Source: Gnetum montanum
Lineage: Eukaryota; Plantae; Gnetophyta
Length of the DNA: 64,000 nucleotides
Direction: 5' to 3'
Assembly (NCBI GenBank): GCA_015680685.1
Contig: MNCI01000310.1
Span: 62,001-126,000 of the forward strand
Shown here: positions 12,950-25,648 of the stretch, piece after piece
How positions within the stretch are numbered: the stretch's first letter is position 1
Layout: each line of letters opens with the position of its first letter
Program-made: the position numbers and the translations under genes
The notes under the pieces: model-generated
The model's database searches: none
Told to the model about the DNA's origin: nothing
What the model saw: only the letters and a program-made list of their open reading frames with translations

Positions 12950-14150
12950 AGATGTAGTACCACTTCAGGTATATATGGTTCATGGGATTTGATAACTCGT
13001 TGCCGTTGATATCTACTAGCTTGAATGCATCGTTGCCATACACGTCAGCTACTAAGAAAGGGCCCTCCCAGTTTGCAGAGAATTTTCCTACTGGTTCACG
13101 AATGGCCTTGAGAACCAAATCTCCTTTCTCGATCGGACATTGTTGAATATTATGACAGTGCTTCTGCCTCTGCTTATCTTGATACTTTTCGATAGTATCA
13201 AGCATCTATATTCTTTTCTCCTCTACTGAGTTCAAATCCATGATCTGAAACTTGGTGTGTAGAGTGTCATTTATAATCGTGGAGATGACCATCCGCAGAG
13301 AAGGAACTTGTAATTTGAGGGGCGGCACTACCTCAGATCCATAAACTAGGCTATAGGATGTACTTTCTATAGCTGTTCTACATGTGGTACGATACACCCA
13401 TAGCACATAGAGGATCTTTTCATGCCATCGTCTTTTGTTACTGCTGAGCATTTTCTTGAGAAAACTAATAATGACATTATTCATTACTTTAGCTTGACCA
13501 TTCACTTGCGGATAATAAGGTAAGGAAAAAGATTATTTGATACAAAGGCTATCACAAAAAGATTTGGTTTCCACACTGCTAAATTGTGGCACATTGTCGA
13601 TCACGATAGCCATCGGGAGGCCAAATCTAGTTACGATGTTGTCCAAACTGAAATGGTAGACCTGTTGAGATGTGATCTTTCACAAAGGGATGGCTTCAAC
13701 TAACTTCATGAAATATTCAATAGCGGTGATTATGAAGCTGTGCCCTGTGGAAGATTTTGGTGCGATAGGCCCTATAATGTCTAATCCCCATCATTGGAAG
13801 GGCCATGTAATCTATGTTGTGTGTAGTTCCGTAGGCGACACATGTATCAGGTCTATGTAACGCTGACACGTGTTGCATGTTTTAACCTTTGTAAGACAGT
13901 CTTTTTTCATATATGGCCAATAATATCCTAAGCGACAGATTTTAGCGGCCATGGCCCATGGGGCTACGTGTCCTCCACACAGTCCCTCGTGAACTTCGCC
14001 AACTACAAGTTGTGCTTGGTCTTTGTTAATGCAAGTAAGCAATACTTCATTGAAAGAGCATCTATAAAGGTTACTGTCTCCTATGATGACGTATTGTCTA
14101 GCTTGCTTGCGGATTGCATCTTTTTGTGCGCGCATTAGCTCGTATGGTGG
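12950..14150 (-). pseudogene. Integrase (pol), interrupted by stops
   Basis: Zn-binding VHEGLCGGH...YYWP...CNTCQ; core NGQAKVMN; LWVYRTT; SYSLVYGSE; C-terminal NWEGPF (GPY/F motif). Confidence 0.93.
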
Positions 14151-14299
14151 TTTTCCATGTAGAAGGTAAGTTTTAATGTTATCATACCATTCTAGCATTC
14201 CATCCACAAGTAGTGAAGATATTTGCCCCATCTGAATGATAGGATCTGCACACTCTGTCATTAGGGTGGGAGAAGTGTCAAACAGGTGCAGTGGCACAT

Positions 14300-14685
14300 T
14301 CAATGCTAATGTAGCCAGTGCATCGGCTAGCGTGTTTTCATTTCGAGGCACGTGTTTGGCATCGGTTGCTATGAACTACTTCAGAAGCTCCTTAGCCATA
14401 TCATAGTAGGGCTATAAATGTACGGCCTTATAGGCATAGAATCCTATGATTTGATTTATCACGAGCATTGAATCACCCCTAATCGCCAGGTGTTGAACGT
14501 TAAGCTCTCTGGCTATTAATAATCCCCTGAGGAACCCCTTATACTCTGCCACATTGTTCGTACAGGGGAAGGTCAAGCGGTAGGCGTATAGACGTACATC
14601 CTCAGGTGACAGCGTAATGACCATGGTAGCACTGCTACCTCTAGTGGTTGAGGCTCTGTCAAAATGTAACGTTGCTTCAAAACCT
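14300..14685 (-). pseudogene. Additional 'archaeal' RNase H (aRH)
   Basis: LHFDRAS...FPCTNNVAEY...IRGDSMLVINQI...HVPRNENTLADALA matches the Tat-clade aRH pattern. Confidence 0.9.
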
Positions 14686-14732
14686 ATTAGAACAGGGCTT
14701 AGACTATGTACATGATCATCAGGAAATTCAGG

Positions 14733-16425
14733 CTATATCGTCGCCTGACTGTCAATAGGTGATGTCACTAGTTGGTCGGCTATCGCTTGGCCTTTCGTAG
14801 AAGATTGACCAATGTAATGTAGATCAAATTCTACAGTGATAGCTTCCCAATGAGCTATCCTATTACTTTCATATAGGTTGTGCATAATAGCTCTCAGGAT
14901 GTTATTCTTGCAAATTATATTGACTTTGCTATGGAAGAGATAGTGTCTGCACTTTTTGAGCGCAAACACTAACGCTAAACAATTACGCTCTGCTTCATTA
15001 TACCTCATTTCATACGCACATAGAGCATGACTCAAGTAGTAGATGGGTACCTCTGACCCATCACCCCTCTTTTGACAGAGTAATGTAGTTAGGGATATGT
15101 CTGAGGTTGTGAGATAAATGTAGAATGGTTGATCCCTTTGTGAGGAATATTATTGGCAAGCATTGAAGTTCTTGTTTCAAGCTGTCAAACGCATGCTGAC
15201 AATCATCTATCCACTCAAAATTAACCCCCTTCTTAAGCATATGCTACATAGGATGTAATTTATCTGTTAATTTTGAGATGAACCGCCTGATAAACTATAA
15301 CCGCCCTTGTAACCCGCGTAATTACTTGAGATTTGTAGGGGGTGTCAACTCAACGATGGCTTTGACCTTGTTAGGGTCTACTCGTATGCCAGTTTCTGAC
15401 ACCAAAAACCCTAGCATGCATTCGGTTTTGACTCTGAATACACACTTCTTTGGGTTGAGCCAAAGGTTGTATTTAGAGTATCTTTTAAGGACTAACTTTA
15501 GGTCCTCTGAGTAATCTTCCGACCTTATAGACTTAACAGCTATATCGTCAACATAATCATTCAGTCTCCCTAGGAGAAAATCACTAAAGATGTACATCAT
15601 AGCTCATTGATATATAGCTCCGACATTTTTTAAACCAAAAGACATCATAGTGTAACAAAAGGTCCCCCAGGGTGTCATGAATGTTGTGGTCAGCTAGTGT
15701 TCTGGGTTGATAAGAATCTGATTATAACCTAAAAACCCATCCATGAAGGATAAAAGTGCATGCCCAGCAGTTGTATCTACTAGTTGGTCAATACTCGGTA
15801 GCAGGAAGTTATCCTTGATTGTGGCTTTGTTCAAGTCCTAGAAGTCTATGCAGATGCGTATCCCTTTGGTCTTCTTAGGGATAACTACGATGTTAGATAC
15901 CTAGTCTGAGTAATCAACTGCATGGATGAAACAAGCTTGGTACAGTTTAGTGATTTCATCATGTACTGCTAGCGCAATTTCTAGCTTAATTTTCTATGTT
16001 TTTTGTCTAATCACTTTAATATGCAGGTCTAGAATTATGTTATGTTGTATTAGCCTTAGATCTAGTCCCGACATATCTTCATATGACCATGCAAATACTA
16101 TGACGTTATTCTGGAGTACCTATTTTATATTGTCATGTGCCTTTTGGTCTAGTAAAGAACTAACCTTAAGAGTTTTGTTCTCACCTTTATGCGTAACCAC
16201 AAGGACCTCGTTGAGAGGGTCTTCGGTTATATCTCCAGCCTCTAGGTCTAGCGTGCGCGTCGATTGTTCTGGCCAGTCTAGAGATGTTTCCGACGTGGCT
16301 ATGGTTGCATCATTGAGGAAAAGGTTAGTTTCTACTAGTGTGAGATCAAATTGTCTAACGATTCCCCCATGTGGGCCTGTTAAGGCTAGGGATGCAGATA
16401 AAGTTGCGTCCATTTGCCAACTGTC
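14733..16425 (-). pseudogene. Reverse transcriptase and gypsy RNase H, with stops and frameshifts
   Basis: LSFMDGFLGYNQI; WGTFCYTMMSFGLKNVGA; DYVDDIAVKS (catalytic YVDD ~15545-15556); LNPKKCVF; YNEAERNCLALVFALKKCRHY. Confidence 0.93.
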
Positions 16426-17303
16426 CTACAAAATTGCCAAATATGAAAGTGATTAGGAAAATGCTAAGTTAAATGCCACAAGTATTAGCGTATGATGCTT
16501 GGTGTGCTTTGAAAAGGTATGATATGACATTGCTGAGAGTGAAGAACTAACTAAATTTTGAATACCGCGAACAGCCTGTAATTAATGTGACCCGATTACG
16601 AAGTGATAAGGTGTAGTAGTTTAAGATCATTTCAGACCGTAATGTATGTGATATCTGTCACATTGATGCCCTAATCTTCGGGTTCCATCTCATGCTGACA
16701 CCAGCGTTTAGACAAGTCCCACTTTAATCGGGCATCAAGTTAGTTAGGCTTGCATATTATAAGTAAGCGGTTCATATCAAAAATAGGCTGTTGGCTATTG
16801 CAAATTTGAATTCAGCTGTTGCAGAGAGAGAGAAAGAGAAAAAGATAGTAGTGTGTTATTTGTGAAGGTTTATAGAACTGTAACTATGGCGCTGAAGGTG
16901 AGAGGAAAGAATGCCAAATTAGCGAAAATCAATGAAGTGTAGGGGAGTCTGCAGCACGCTTTGCAGACCTTGGTTGAAGTACGATATGTTACTCCCATGA
17001 ATCAGTAGGCCATCTCTCACTTATTCGCATTGCTTTTGGTGATATTTTTTTTTCTTTTGTGTATTCTTTTGAGTTGTCTACGTAAACTAGAGTTTTAGGA
17101 TATAGACTTTGTGTTAAAACAAGGTTTTAGATAGTAGTATTGCGTCTATCGCCATTGTCTAAGACAAACCTTGCACTATTGCAAGGGTTTAAGCAATTTT
17201 GGCTGCGTGGCTAAAGCGTAATCTATAGTTTTCCTAAGAATGCAATGAAATCTATATTTAGATTTTTGTCTGATGGTAATGTGTTTATGTTATGTACAGT
17301 ATA

Positions 17304-20300
17304 ATGGTGAAACCTGTCCTAATTGTTTTGGACATAGTCAGGTTTTTGTGTTGTATAAACCCTCCAGCAGCCAATGTTCCTCCCCCTCAAACTCACCTAC
17401 AAGGGAAAGCAATATGGTTCTGGAAGGGTGCGCTGGAGTTTGTGTAGTTTTTGTTGTGTAACTACAGCATCATCGTTTGGTCGCAGTTGTCGGGTGATGT
17501 GGCTGGAGCCATTTTGGAAAATTTGTTAGTCGGTTCTACACAAGGCGTTTTGGCTTTCCTGATAGACAAAGCTATTGATACTGGTCGACCTCAAGACCGT
17601 GAACTTAGCACCAAAGGATTGAGGCATTTAAGTTGGATCTGGGAGATGCCTAGATTTAGCTGTTATCATGCCTATAACACTTTTTTCATAGCCCGTCATG
17701 TCTCAACCTATTTTCATAATCCACCGGGCACAGTGTATTACTCAGGCGGGTAAGTCGTTTTACTTGCGGTGATGTTAATATGTTTTCTAATGTTTGAACT
17801 TGTAGAGCGTAGGATAGTAATGCGCAATATGATACAGGTTCTTCATCAATGAAAATGGGTTATTGGGAAATAATGATACATTGTCCCTGACCGAAAGGGC
17901 GATAAATGAGTTTACGTCTACTAGCAACTTACGCGCCAGTGTCATGGGGCAAATGGCCTTCAAGATTCCTGAGTATCCCACCCATTACTCCAATTCTTTC
18001 AAGAATTGTCAGAGCCTCGGATGGTTACATGAGGAATGGACTTTGAACCCGCCCCTCACACTCACAGATGTGCAAAGGAAGCTTCCTCCATTTCCTTTGC
18101 CATTCGAACCTGGTAAGGTTTCGTCATTACAATTAGTTACAGGATATTATTGTTTGAAATGTTATATAACATTGTCTTTTCTATCTTGACTTGTGTTACC
18201 AGTTAGGAAATCTCGGGAAGTTACCATCATGATTTTCGACCGCAAGGCGAACACCCTCATCTTCCGTTACGGCGACATAAAGGAAGCACAATGCTAGCTC
18301 GGCCACGTGGCAGCCCCAGCTGCGTTGGTTACTAAGCTATGGGAGGCGAGGCTGATGCATTTGTTCCTGGCTGTAACCCCCGATGTCCTCACAAGTGAAA
18401 TGCTAACCTTGGTTAACTCCTTCAGTGAGGGGGTTGAACATTTTTGCACGCGCGTGCGTAACATGCGTGTACATTTTGACATTCATGCTCAGCTGTTTAC
18501 TGACCTTTTCGGTGTCCCCTATGATGGTCTTCCCATAGAAGAAAAGTTGAGGAGAAGCCTCAAATGTCAGGAAGAGCTGGAGGAGTGGTTGGGGACTAAG
18601 AAGGACACGAAGGGGATTCCTTGTGAAAAGATCGAGTTGGAGGTTGCCAAGACCATTTATCCCCTCCTCCGAGCTTGGGCCTTTCCCAGAACACTCTCGC
18701 AGGGGAAGTTCTTCACCATAGAATAGGCCCATATCATGCGAGAGGTGATAGAGGAAGGGACCCAATTCGACTGGGCAAGCTACTTCGTCGAAGGGTTACG
18801 CACTGAAATGATCAGGCTCCGCCAAAAGCTCAAGTCCCGTTTCAGTGTGCACTTCATCTTTTTCATAGCTTATCTCTGGCATTTTGCCAAATTTTTGGTG
18901 ATCTAGAGGAATGGGGTTTGGGTGCAATAGGACCGAGACCAATTATCCAAACCCTAGATCTCCCACCTCTTCGGCACTACCCGGTCACAGGATCCTCTGA
19001 AGGGAATTGGGGAGTCATTTTTTATAACGACTAGGAATGTGGCAGCACCTCGAACATGAGGCTCTGACAGCGTAGGTGGGGTGCTTCCCTCTTACACTGG
19101 TGATGTGTTACGGGGGAAGCACCTGGCAGCAGAAATAGTGGATGCTTCTGTTCAGCATAAAAGGCCTCATCTAACCTAGGTGCCTATGGATCTGGCTGGT
19201 GGCATAGGTAGAACTATACAAGTCAGGTTTCAGCGGAGTAAACTTCCATCTAGTAAGCGAGAGGATACAGTAAAAGCTATGGTAATTGTTTTATTATGCA
19301 ACTTATTCAAGGTGTTTTGAATTATTTAAATGTATTATATGGTAGGAATAGGGAGACCTACAGAGTGGTTAACCCTTGAGACAGGGGCAGTGGTGTTACG
19401 ACAAGGGGAAGTAGCCCCAGTTTTGGAAGAGGAGGCACCAATTATTAGAGTGAGTGACACACAGACCCTTGTGCACGAAGAGAGAGTGGAGGCAGACAAC
19501 ATTAATGCACTTCCCACTGGGACAGGAAGAGGTAATCAATCTATTAAAATTTTTAAGAGATCCTGTGATTAGTCAAAATTTTTAACTTAATTATACCACA
19601 GATGAACGAGGTGATTCCCCATAAATTCACCTTTATGGAAGGCATCGTAGGTGATATGATCGAGCACCTAGAACACATTGATCCTGGGGCTAGTATGTTG
19701 CAGCTATCGTATGCTTATTTTTTATAAGGTTACAGTGCTTAATTACATTTGATCTAAGATTTGTCATTAGGAGCTCGCCTTCAATGGGACTCTAGAGATC
19801 CCATTGACCTGGACACCATTGAACCCTCATCGGAAGCAACGGTTATGCCATGCAACATTTATGAATAAATGCGTAAATATGCATTATGTTCGACCCGCTC
19901 CTTGTGGGAAAGTCAAAATGCTAATGAAGACCTCTGGAAGAAGCTGCAGAGATCAAAGAAGGAAAGGATGTGTTTAACCAAAGAAGTTGGAGACTTAAGG
20001 TCACGATGTAAATTCCTGCAAGCTTGAGGAATGGGTGAAGAGGACTGGTGGACAGCTATGATTGACTACGCTCGCTACTAGACCATAGTCAGAAACAACA
20101 TACAAACCAATCATGAATTAGTCAAGCAAAGGATGTAGATGGAGCTCCTGGCCCAGAAGAATCAAGACTGGAAGGACTTTTATGCAAGGGTCCAAGAGTG
20201 GGGATAGATGCAGAAAGATCATAAGCATCTGTATAAGTAAGAAAGCATCGCTTATCATTAGCATTATCGAGATTCTGCCGTTGAAGCTCAATCCTTGCGA

Positions 20301-20885
20301 TTGTTCCTCGATGTCATTGGTGCGTCTGAAGCCTTCGAGAAGTTCCAGGAGCAGGTGACGGAAAGAGAAATTACTCTTCCCAGGGGAGAGACCACAGTCC
20401 CTACCTTCTTCCTCGAACCACCCCGGTGGACTAGTGTGGAGAAGGGGAAGGTTAAAGCTAGAACTAATTTTGGGAACGGGGTTTGGTCTGAGTTGACCGA
20501 AGAATAGATTATGCAACGTCTATGGGTCGGCTTAGATCAACTCCCCTTTGCTGCTGATGCAGGGTCATCGCGAGTAAGTTTTAGTGTTATTGAATTTGAA
20601 TTTTCTGAATTTTCCTATCATGGCTTTTGCTAATATACTTGTTGTATGTAGTTACAAGAAACGAACGAAGAAGGTGAACAAGATGAGGCATACGTTCAAG
20701 GAGGAGAGTGTAATGACGTAGATCATCACCTTGGAGAGCAAGTTTTAGTGGAAGAACCCTGTGAAGATGACGTTCCTCATGAGGGAATACTTCCTAAAAG
20801 GGATGGCCCATATGAAGACGATTTGCTAGGCTTGGAAGCAGAGTTAAGGGATACGAGAGACAGTGGTGGTATAGGGGATGCGTAA
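17304..20885 (+). pseudogene. Antisense multi-exon accessory gene (~1,030 codons) nested in the PROT-RT spacer: central plant-transposon-eORF-like region, coiled coil and acidic tail
   Basis: Exons 17304-17749, 17838-18112, 18203-19252, 19346-19531, 19602-19692, 19771-20573, 20652-20885. Six AT-rich GT-AG introns of 70-93 nt. Five of six junctions conserve frame exactly; one needs a 1-nt indel. A probable upstream exon and intron (16979-17299) and a TATA-like TATTATAA (~16755) precede it. Confidence 0.8.
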
Positions 20886-21039
20886 TTATGATTACGCACA
20901 ATTTTATTTATGAGATGGAACAAAGACAATATGAATTTTAACATGATTAATTATGAAATTATCTCTATGGTTTTTAATTTTATGTTTTTATTTATACAAA
21001 TTATAAATAGAATTATTGAGGGTTTTAGGTAGGTGGCAT

Positions 21040-21265
21040 TATTGTGACCGTTGAATGGAGTTGCTAGTTTAAGGCCATTATGGGCCATTACATAGTGTTT
21101 GCGTAAAATATAGATGAATTTGCTAGTTTGAGGCCGTCCTGGGCCATTAAGTGTTTTTTTTTGTGTAAAGATAGAAATTGGATATTTTAATTTAGGGCCA
21201 TTTCTAGCCTTCGCTAGTTTTAGGCCGTTGCAGGCCTTTACTAGTTTTAGGCTTTTGCGAGCCAT
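21040..21265. repeat. Short GCTAGTTT(T)(A)AGGCC subrepeats downstream of the antisense gene
   Basis: About five copies of gctagtttaaggcc / gctagtttgaggcc / gctagttttaggcc. Confidence 0.7.
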
Positions 21266-21534
21266 TTGCGTATGTCAGAGAGTGCAATTGATAAAAGTGT
21301 AAATATTTTCGTAATTGTATTAATGTAACTAATAGGAGTTAAGAAGCATAAATGGTGTAAACTAGGAAATGTAAATGGCGTAATTGATAGAGGACATAAA
21401 TATGTGTATACTAAACAAAACTGACAGTCAAAACTAATAAGCGTAAATGGCAAAACTAATGAAAGCATAAATATGCGCGTAAATATCACGTAGGTCAATC
21501 GCTAGCTCGTAATTGTTTTCTTGATAGTTTTTAC

Positions 21535-22340
21535 ATTGAGTGGTGTATAAGGGCGAGGAGATCTATAACCTGACTCCTTCACATCATCTTCCTCACCCTA
21601 AAATGGTAGGTCAGCCCAGGCTAGGCTATCATTAATCATTTTGACTTGTTTGGGAATTTGGACATGGGTTTGATCTTTGGGCATTTCGATTTCTGAACCC
21701 CATTTTTCCTTGATGTTATTGATGGTTCTAGAAGTTATTTCATCACCATGTATTACTACCTCTCCCCCTACATAAGGTAGGTGTATCTCTTTGTGTATCG
21801 GTGATGAAACTGCTCTCAGTTGAGCTAGCCAGGACCTCCCTAGAATCAGGTTGAAGCCGGGCATCTGCTCGACAACGATAAATGTGGTGTCTATTGGGAA
21901 CTAGTATCCTACCACAAAATCGATATGTACCATCCCTTTGACTTGAACTCATGCCCCGTTCAATGAATTTAGGCATAATTTCATCGTAGGACTGATCTGG
22001 TTGACCAGGCCCAACTTATCCACTATAGGATAAGGGATGACATTTGTAGCTGCACCATCGTCAACGTGCACCCTCCGGATTCGATGTTGACCAACCCGGA
22101 TGGTGATAAACATGGGTTCTATTTGTCACTTGACCTTTCTTAGGATCATCTTTGATGGATTCATCATGAAAGGTCAATGGGGTAGGTTTGGGTTGCTCAG
22201 CGGTGGGGGGAAACATGACAGCATGTATCACTTCCTCTTCTGCTGATAAGCTTTCATCCACAGGTATGGATGTCAGCATACGGACCATAGCCTCACGGTG
22301 CTTTTGAGACATCATAAGCAAGTCATAGAGGCTCAATGTT
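21535..22340 (-). pseudogene. Aspartic protease region
   Basis: LSLYDLLMMSQKHREAM, VHVDDGAATNVIP (active-site D ~22060) and FNLILGRSWL are typical Tat/Ogre gag-protease motifs. Confidence 0.88.
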
Positions 22341-25312
22341 GTGTTCTTCTATTTTAGAGCCTTCTTGACTTGCCTAAATGCATCGAGGAGGTCCCGCTCT
22401 CCACTAGGTTGCCTGTACCCTCTTTCTTCTTCCATTCGCCCTAAGAGACGAATTTCCCAAGGTGGAATAGCATTGGTTGGAGGGTTGTATTTCTTTATGC
22501 CGAGGGGGGTGGCTATGTTTTTGTACCTTTGTCTTGCCCAGGAGGTGCAGGTGAAGCTACAGAAGCTAAGGGCCTGGGCATAGCAAACCCTAGTGTAGAG
22601 CAGTCTTTGGTTGCTTTAATTGGTGCATCTCCTTTCCTTTTTCTGTTGGATGGAGGTTGATGGTTTTGATTAGAGACTTGCCCCTGCGTAAAAGGAGCAG
22701 CTGGTGGTTTTATGCCCTAAGGATAAAAGGTTTCTTAGGAGTAGGCGTGGGCATGGCTGTGGCTTTATTGTTAATGTGAGACTGAGTTATAGTTTGAGAG
22801 GGTGTTTGAATAACAAAGGGTGGCCTTGAGGTGCTCCCAACTACTAGTGAAGAACTCGCTCCCTGGGGTGAACTGATAAGTACACGTAACACAAAGGGTT
22901 GCTTAGGCGATACGTTCCCCTCACTATTTGTACTTACCATGTTGATGGTATATGTTGCATTATTTGTGTTTAACAGGTCTTTGTACATATGCATTGCTTG
23001 GTTTTTAGGACATGTTGGACTACTTTTGTCTAATGTCAAAGAACCATTGTCAATCATGCGTTGAATATCATCTTTCAACGCCTAGCAATAATCGGTGTCG
23101 TGACCACACAACTAGTGGTAGTTAAAAAAATGGTCTAGCCTGAAAGACTTAGGGACTGGCGGTTCATTGGGTAGAGCTAACGAAGGGTTCTTCAGCAATT
23201 CACAATGATGCCTGTGACACTGCAGAGCTTCTTCGGATATTTTTTTGTTTTAAATATATCTTGCTCCTAATAATTTTTTTAGCAATTCTGAATGCTTTAT
23301 ACACAGGGCTGTATATTTTGAACAATCTTTATGCTCAAAGTTTGGTTTTGACTGTGAGGGCTGTTCAGGGGCAAGTGCTTCTTGGCCGGTGCTACTTGCA
23401 CTAGCCGTGGTCTCAGTAAGCTCTGTGGGTGCCTTTTTGTTATTCTTCATTTTGGCACCCTTGGCCAACGCAGCTACTATCGTCATTGTTGTTTTACCTT
23501 TGTCTTTACCCTTACTGTTGGCATTTTTATAGGCCACATATGTTGGGTCTTTGCTAGCCTCCGCAGCATCTTGGATGCTCTCAGTTTGTGCGAAGGCTTG
23601 ACTCAAGGAGCAAGGGGCAAGGTAGTATAGTTTAGACTTGATGAAGTCGTTAACTGCTCCTTTGAAAGTAGCCAACAGATGGGCTTCTGCGATAGGTTAA
23701 TGGATTTCATTCGGAGTAGCGCTCCATCGCTGTATAAACTTTTGGACTGGCTCGAGCGGGTCTTTTTTCACTCCCATAAGTTGATCTAACATGACTTCCG
23801 ACTTTAAATTGTATTTAAAGCGAGTCACAAATTGTGTTAGAAGCTCTTCCAAGGTTGAGATGGAAGAGCGAGAGAGTGCTCGATACCAGTCCAAGGCCTT
23901 ACCTACCAAAGACATTGCAAAGACACGGAGAATCGTATGGGGCCATTGTTGTAGTAGCAAGGATTCAAACCTAAAGGTAACGAGATGAGCATTAGGATCT
24001 CCTTCCCCATTGTATTTAGTAAAATGGGGCAAAGACATCCCTAGAGGCAAGGACAGCATGGGGACTACTAGGTTGATGGGGTCATAATGGTAGAAATCCA
24101 TGACCTGTATTGTATTAGAGCTAGCAATTTTAAGGCGCTTAACTTCCTCAGTGAGGGTCTGAATAAGAAAAAAAGCTTGATCCAGAACTATTGATGATGA
24201 AGTTGGTACTGGAGGAGTAGGGGGTTGGGCTGGAAAAGTAGTACCAGGTAGTGGAAAGGGAGCGATAGCTTGGCTAACAGACGACGCGACGGGGATTGTC
24301 CCCACAGACGGAGTTGCCTGTGAAACCCACCACTCGACATGCTATGCGGAGAAATTGGCCATCACTGGATGTGTAGGATGGAAGGTGTAGGGATGTTATG
24401 TAGTTACCTACAGGACATGTGTGGTAGATGCAGCCAATGGTTGTACACCATAGAATGCAAATTGATTGTGTTGTGCAACAGGCGTGATCCACTGACCAGC
24501 CACAGGTTGTTGAATAGATCGCTACGATTGAATGGTGGTTGCGATCTGTTGCCTTGAAATGGGTTGCGACAATAAGGTTTGCACCGGGCGGGTTATAGGC
24601 ATGGTATGGACCTAGACTTGGGCAATGAAATGGGGGGCAATAGACGTAGGTATCACCAATGGAATCCTGATTACATGTGGTGAGGGGGTTACTCCCACAT
24701 TATTGTGAGGTGGCATTTGTACCTGCAAGACTAAGGATTGCATGGTGGCCTGCGGGACGATGGGAATATGTGTTTGGGTGGTCATGATTGGTTGAGATGG
24801 GCATCTTCTCCAGTGAGAGGATTAAACACAGGATTCACATATGTATGGGGGTTGAGGGTATGGTATGAATCCGCACGTTCAGACTAAGCTACGAATTCAT
24901 CTTCCTCCTCCTCCTTGTTTGGAGGCTCTAGAATAGACTGTGTAGTCTGATTCTTAGCCATAACCAGTTGGGATAGGAGTTCATGATAATGATCGGTAAT
25001 GGGGATGATGTCATATGCAGTAGGGGTGAAGTCTTGACCCCCTTTGTGGATCAGCTCGTAATTTCATTTTGCCTCCATCTCGGCTCGGCTAAGGGAAAGC
25101 TTTGCCTAGATCTTGACGCAAATGAAATTATACTCTTCAAGAGTCAGGATGGTGAGTGAAGGATCCTTGCCCTGTAACCTCAATGAATGATGCAACAATC
25201 CTTGAGGTCCTGTCGCACCGAAAGCTAATTCGGGAACAGTGATGGGATTTACGATTGTGACACCTGAGTCAATGGCAATTATAGTGGCAGTGGTTGTATG
25301 TGCAGAATCCAT
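22341..25312 (-). pseudogene. gag
   Basis: LPHFTKYNGEGDPNAHL...FAMSLVGKALDWY...FVTRF (retrotransposon gag). Knuckle-like YH*LCGHDTDYC*ALKDDIQRMIDNG at ~23050-23125. Probable start MDSAHTTT at 25312. Confidence 0.88.
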
Positions 25313-25648
25313 CTATCAGATAGATCAATAACAATAACGAAAATATTTAAAAGGCGATGGCAAAATGGAATAACGATTGGGCTTTCTACCCTGTAGGATT
25401 CCAAAGGATCCTTGCCCTGTAACCTCAATGAATGATGCAACAATCCCTGAGGTCCTGTCGCACCGAAAGCTAATTCAGGAACAGTGACGGGATTTACGGT
25501 TGTGACACCTGAGTCAGTGGCGATTATAGTGGCAGTGATTGTATGTGCAGAATCCATCTATCAGATAGATCGATAACAATAACGAAAATATTTAAAAGGA
25601 GATGGCAAAATGGAATAACGATTGGGCTTTCTACCCTGTAGGATTCCA
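25159..25648. repeat. 245-bp tandem duplication spanning the putative gag start codon
   Basis: Copies 25159-25403 and 25404-25648 are joined at AAGGA microhomology. They give near-identical ORF starts MDSAHT at 25312 and 25557. Confidence 0.92.

Larger units (their letters stand above)
16426..21534 (-). other. Putative Ogre-type PROT-RT intron / spacer (~5.1 kb)
   Basis: Minus-strand acceptor TTTTGTAG|GAC (AG at 16427-16426) with a CTAAT branch-like motif ~30 nt upstream. It is phase 0 with the RT-leading frame DSWQMDATLS. Candidate phase-0 donor AAT|GTAAAA at 21534 lies just before the post-protease stop; this donor is a weak call. Confidence 0.55.

Noticed and set aside
15926-16456. 176-aa plus-strand ORF
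   Set aside because: Antisense shadow of the RT N-terminal region.
16700-21500. Independent nested DNA transposon or LTR element in the spacer
   Set aside because: No TIRs, LTRs, TSD or transposase catalytic motifs seen by eye. Not fully excluded without family comparison.
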